DNA of 11,943 nucleotides from a virus: UHGV virus genome UHGV-0862314; one strand, 5' to 3'. Shown piece by piece: positions 8,300 to 11,943 of this stretch (position 1 is its first letter; each line of letters starts with the position of its first letter). The notes under the pieces were generated by a model. It saw only the letters and a program-made list of their open reading frames with translations, ran no database searches and was not told where the DNA came from. The position numbers and the translations under genes were made by a program.

Positions 8300-8992
8300 T
8301 TAAAACAACGAGCCAAGCAATCCGATACCAGCACCAATGCCAGCGCCCCAAGGTGTTGATGTTCCCAAAAGGCTGGCAAGACCTGCACCGGCAATCGCAC
8401 CAGACGTTCCGCCACTAATTGCTGTCTGAAGACTTGATGGTTTGTTGGCATTAGCAGCGGCAAGAGCTGCGCTTTGCTGTGCAATGCTGCTCATGTTGTT
8501 GGCGTACGTCTGCCCGGCGTTTGCCTGACCTTGCAGAGCACCAAGCCCAACGTTTGCCAGATTGTTGTAATTGCTCATCTGGTTTGATAACCAAGACTGA
8601 CCGAGAGTCGGCGCGATCGTAGCCAGTTGATTGCTTGTGGCTGTCGAACCAAGTCCACCCGTCGCCTCCGCAGCAGCAAGACTCTGGTAACGCGCCTGAC
8701 CTGCAAGGTCTTTATACTGCTGAGAGTTGTAATACTGATTAAGTGCCTGCCCCTGACCTTCTAAACTGGAAAGATTCTGCAACTGGTTAACATACTGCTC
8801 CGCAAGAGGCGTGAACGGAGCAAGGTTTTTCATGATCGTCTGCCACTGCTGATTTTGCAGGTCTGCGGCATACTTCTGAGCTTCTGCGGCATACTTTGCG
8901 CTTTTATCAGAACTGCCACCTTTCCCGCCTTTTTCAGGGCAATAAGGTTCCTCGCCGCGCAGTTTTCTGCCCAGCTTAAATGCATATAACAT
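8300..8992 (-). CDS. gp7-like DNA ejection protein
   Basis: 230 aa, N-terminus MLYAFKLGRKLRGEEPYCPEKGGKGG, Gly/Ala-rich hydrophobic C-terminus (GAGIGAGIGLLGSLF). Size and position match P22 gp7 (about 229 aa, as recalled). Confidence 0.75.
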   Translation of the reverse strand: MLYAFKLGRKLRGEEPYCPEKGGKGGSSDKSAKYAAEAQKYAADLQNQQWQTIMKNLAPFTPLAEQYVNQLQNLSSLEGQGQALNQYYNSQQYKDLAGQARYQSLAAAEATGGLGSTATSNQLATIAPTLGQSWLSNQMSNYNNLANVGLGALQGQANAGQTYANNMSSIAQQSAALAAANANKPSSLQTAISGGTSGAIAGAGLASLLGTSTPWGAGIGAGIGLLGSLF

Positions 8993-8994
8993 GG

Positions 8995-9453
8995 CTATCT
9001 CCCGTGATTCAGGAAGTCGATTAGTTCTTCGCGTGTGGCGCTGTAAAACGTCACGTCATCCACGCCTTTGAAGTATTTCTTGATGGTTCCTACACGCTTA
9101 AGGCCAATCATTGCGCAGTAAATCTGCCCGTGGCGGAATTTGCGTGCGGCGAACGATGTGACGCACTGAACGGTGGTGTTAGTCAGAATGTATCGCCAGA
9201 ACGCCAGCCCGATTTCCTTGCTGAATCCACGAACCTCTGGCAGGTACATGGCGTGGCAATCAAAGGTCAAAGGCTGAATCTCCTGATAGTAAACAATGCC
9301 GCCGAACTGCCCGTGCACGTTCACCTCAAAGTAACGGCAATCAGGTTTGTAGTCGTATCCATCACCGTTATTGCTCCCGGCGATAATGTCAGGGTGATTT
9401 CCGACTGCTTCGATCAGGTCGATGTTTCGCGTTGGTTTGAACTGAATCATCAC
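8995..9453 (-). CDS. gp14-like protein (P22 gene-14 position; internal virion / ejection-associated)
   Basis: 152-aa ORF between the needle and gp7-like genes. The start overlaps the needle gene stop by 4 nt (ATGA-type coupling). Assignment is by synteny; I do not recall the P22 gp14 sequence itself. Confidence 0.55.
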   Translation of the reverse strand: MMIQFKPTRNIDLIEAVGNHPDIIAGSNNGDGYDYKPDCRYFEVNVHGQFGGIVYYQEIQPLTFDCHAMYLPEVRGFSKEIGLAFWRYILTNTTVQCVTSFAARKFRHGQIYCAMIGLKRVGTIKKYFKGVDDVTFYSATREELIDFLNHGR

Positions 9454-10298
9454 TGCTCCGCGATTATCTTGATGGTTGTGGCAGTAAACGCCGCACCATT
9501 CGACTGAATGGTTAACGTGCTGCCATTTGTGGCAAGAAAGCCGTCTTTATCCACGCTGAAGAACGTAGCTAACAGGATGTTGTCGGTTGTTGTCGCCGCA
9601 TTACGACTGCTGACCAACGTGTCAGGAACAGATCCGGAAAAGGTTAGCTGCATTGACCTGTTGGCGGTTCCGCTGGGCCACGTCCCGACGATCGACAGCT
9701 TGAAGAACAAGGTTTTGTTCTCGTTGAACACAACCATCTTGTTGTTAACGGTGTCGAAGAATGGTGCCAACGTGCCGGATGACGGCGTGAGCGTTTTCAG
9801 CAGGCTAACAAGGTTAGTAGGCGCTGTCGGAATAGTTACAGATACGCCAGAGTAAACAACCTCTGACTTCTTGCGAGTAGTGGCATACTCCAGAGCATCG
9901 ATGCGCGTTTCATGGTCTGAAACCTGCGATTCCAGCGACTGAACTCTGGTATCAAGCGACGCAATATCGCTTTCATTCTGAGCTATTCGTGTTTCATGTT
10001 CCTGAAGAGTTGATTCTGCCTGGCTGATTCGCTCCTCATGATTAACAAGCGTTGCTTCCGCAGCAGAAATTCGCTGCTCATGGTCAGCGAGAATCACATC
10101 CTGCTCATCGTTCCTGACTTGTGCGTCATAAGCGCCCTGTCCGGCCTCGTTGGCCTTGTTCGCCACGTTACCAACATCAGTACCCTGTGCGATAACGTAA
10201 AGCAGATACGACTGCGAGAAGATATTGCGTGGAAGGATTGATGTATCGAGCCGCGTAGCTTGGATGATTACCGGCACATTGAGATTCGAATCAGCCAT
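9450..10298 (-). CDS. Tail needle protein (gp26 family) of the Sf6 type, with a C-terminal knob domain
   Basis: N-terminus [61 protein letters not shown] closely matches recalled P22 gp26. Followed by a heptad-like HExRI coiled-coil region and a roughly 140-aa beta-rich C-terminal extension. Total 282 aa, longer than P22 gp26 (233 aa) and the length I recall for the Sf6 knobbed needle. Confidence 0.85.
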   Translation of the reverse strand: MADSNLNVPVIIQATRLDTSILPRNIFSQSYLLYVIAQGTDVGNVANKANEAGQGAYDAQVRNDEQDVILADHEQRISAAEATLVNHEERISQAESTLQEHETRIAQNESDIASLDTRVQSLESQVSDHETRIDALEYATTRKKSEVVYSGVSVTIPTAPTNLVSLLKTLTPSSGTLAPFFDTVNNKMVVFNENKTLFFKLSIVGTWPSGTANRSMQLTFSGSVPDTLVSSRNAATTTDNILLATFFSVDKDGFLATNGSTLTIQSNGAAFTATTIKIIAEQ

Positions 10299-11716
10299 TA
10301 CTCAATCCTTATCTGGCAGCCAGACAGAGTTACAGGTGACTTCGTGATAACGCGCAATTTGAAACCAATGTTTTTCCTGATGCGCCCTACTTTCTTCCAC
10401 AAAACGCGTTTGTCGTAAACGAACGGTTCATTCTGCTCAATCATCTGCTCACGACCGTAATTTATGCCGTCAGTGGTTGCAGAGAGAAAAAGGCGGTCAG
10501 CGTACTGAGCAACACCCGTCGATGATTCCACCTCCAGATCAAAGCATCTGGCGTTCTCAGCTTTGAAGAGTGGTGTAAACAACAGGTGTTCTTGCTGTAG
10601 CTCATACTGGCTGCTGATATCGAACTGCAATTTCCCGGTCACGGATTCCAGCTTATCGCCGCACGTTATCTGATTTCCTTCGTAAATGAAGTCGATAGCG
10701 CGGTACACATCGTCATACAAGCCTGTTTTCAGTACACACCATTGCGGACCATTGGCGCTTGAAGATGCGTCGTACACGAGAACATGGCGAGGAAGGTGGA
10801 TAATCAGCAACTCATGAGCATCAAACCGCAGCGATTCCATCACACCATCAGCCAGTTCATCAGCAGTGTAGGAGCGGAGGATTTTCTCAATGCTCGCGCT
10901 GGCGATTGGTGACACCTGACAGGAGCCGATGATGTATACAGACGGAGCACCCGTTGCCGGATTGCTGATGAACGCATAGGAATCAGCAAACGGCGTTTTG
11001 CAGTAAGTTCCGGCAATGCCTTTCTGCACCATCAGTGATGGCTGTGCGACATACAAAGCGGCACCAACGGTGGTTGCACCAGTCAGGGAAAAATACTCAA
11101 TCGTCGATGAACCAAAGCAGACGATGAAGTCTCGCCATGTTCCGATTCCGATGATGCCGTCAGGCTGCGACTCGGCACGATATTGTGCGCTGTAACGATC
11201 AGGATGCGATTCGTCTTCAAGGTCAGTGATGAACCATGAATCAGTTCCGTCTTTTGACCACGCATAACGGCCACGTAAGCGTGTAATGTCGCGAACCGAA
11301 CCTAACTCATACTGCGTGAATCCGCTGTCTGTAGGCCAGTTTGAGACGGTTTTAACCGTGCCATCATAGCGATACTCAACCAGTTGACCATTAACGCCTA
11401 CAGCCTGAGATGTTCGACCATGCGCCATTGATACGCGACCACTTCCGGCGACGTCACCGACTTCGCTTTCGCCTTTGTAGAGCTTGCCGCCACACACACG
11501 ATAGACAGCATTCTGCGCCATGTTGTACTCGACGCCGCGCGATACACCGTTCACATCAGAGCGTTTGGCAATGCCCGGGAATGAGCGAAGATATCCGCTG
11601 CTGTTCAGGATTTCTTTGGGGGTTGCCAACATATTCACTGGCAGATAGTCGATATAGTCGGCGTTTCGAAAGTCTTTGCCGACACCTTTCATAAGCGGAA
11701 GTTGCTGAATCGGCAT
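10298..11716 (-). CDS. gp10 tail accessory (tail hub) protein
   Basis: 472 aa beginning [49 protein letters not shown], matching the P22 gp10 N-terminus and length as I recall them. GGGAG Shine-Dalgarno upstream; TAA of the upstream remnant abuts the ATG. Confidence 0.85.
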   Translation of the reverse strand: MPIQQLPLMKGVGKDFRNADYIDYLPVNMLATPKEILNSSGYLRSFPGIAKRSDVNGVSRGVEYNMAQNAVYRVCGGKLYKGESEVGDVAGSGRVSMAHGRTSQAVGVNGQLVEYRYDGTVKTVSNWPTDSGFTQYELGSVRDITRLRGRYAWSKDGTDSWFITDLEDESHPDRYSAQYRAESQPDGIIGIGTWRDFIVCFGSSTIEYFSLTGATTVGAALYVAQPSLMVQKGIAGTYCKTPFADSYAFISNPATGAPSVYIIGSCQVSPIASASIEKILRSYTADELADGVMESLRFDAHELLIIHLPRHVLVYDASSSANGPQWCVLKTGLYDDVYRAIDFIYEGNQITCGDKLESVTGKLQFDISSQYELQQEHLLFTPLFKAENARCFDLEVESSTGVAQYADRLFLSATTDGINYGREQMIEQNEPFVYDKRVLWKKVGRIRKNIGFKLRVITKSPVTLSGCQIRIE

Positions 11717-11806
11717 TTATTCGCTCCCGTTATCGCAAGGTTCCTTCCGATGGAAGTAATTCCAACCGTTCCACTTCGCCAACTGATTACCGCTACCAAC
11801 AGGCAT
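11717..11806 (-). pseudogene. Possible 3' remnant of a gene-4 (tail accessory gp4) homolog, truncated upstream
   Basis: The frame ending at TAA 11719..11717 (abutting the gp10 ATG) reads MPVGSGNQLAKWNGWNYFHRKEPCDNGSE. Upstream it is closed by TGA at 11816..11818, and all three minus frames are closed between about 11795 and 11943. Resemblance to the gp4 C-terminus is from uncertain memory. Confidence 0.3.
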
Positions 11807-11943
11807 ACGGTTTGGTCACAAAACTATTCAAAAACATTTTCTGGAACAAAGACTATACAACATCCCACGGATACCCAATAGACACACAGGGAACCATAAA
11901 TAAATATTTATGGACTACACACTCAAACAAACCATTTAATGAA

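Noticed and set aside
2381-11274. Short minus-strand ORFs nested in other frames of larger genes (2381..2566, 3175..3387, 4953..5165, 7918..8112, 8293..8484, 11083..11274)
   Set aside because: Each is fully contained within a longer, better-supported ORF in a different frame.
4319-11694. Plus-strand ORFs inside the minus-strand structural genes (4319..4615, 5375..5620, 5671..5889, 6086..6298, 6584..6937, 7019..7315, 9130..9507, 9508..9855, 10038..10241, 11410..11694, also 2928..3155)
   Set aside because: Shadow ORFs antisense to well-supported, tightly coupled genes. Products are Cys/Arg/His-rich or low-complexity, with no plausible start context.
11752-11883. 43-codon plus-strand ORF upstream of gp10 (MEVIPTVPLRQLITATNRH...)
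   Set aside because: Short, no ribosome-binding site assessed as convincing, and it overlaps the putative gene-4 remnant antisense. Insufficient evidence for a gene.
1-11943. CRISPR arrays, tRNA or rRNA genes, insertion-sequence terminal repeats
   Set aside because: No regularly spaced direct repeats, no cloverleaf-like tRNA candidates, and no transposase-like ORF. The only long repeat is the inverted duplication at 1..127 / 1322..1448.

Overview
This window looks like the late-operon end of a P22/Sf6-like (lambdoid podovirus) prophage, probably a degraded or mosaic one. The minus strand carries a tightly packed block: a short gene-4 3' remnant, gp10 tail hub accessory, an Sf6-type knobbed tail needle (gp26), gp14-like protein, gp7-like and gp20-like ejection proteins, a gp16-position ejection protein split into two ORFs at a homopolymer, and a tailspike whose P22-like head-binding domain is fused to an SGNH/GDSL esterase domain and followed by an overlapping 354-aa ORF. 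A plus-strand Mnt-like ribbon-helix-helix repressor sits between the ejection and tailspike genes, with no arc/ant visible. The AT-rich left end (1..1061) holds an acyltransferase-3 family gene (Oac-like O-antigen acetyltransferase) flanked by a perfect >=127-bp inverted duplication of its own 3' end. No tRNA, rRNA or CRISPR array was seen. All protein calls come from my own translation and from recalled family sequences and motifs; no database search was run.
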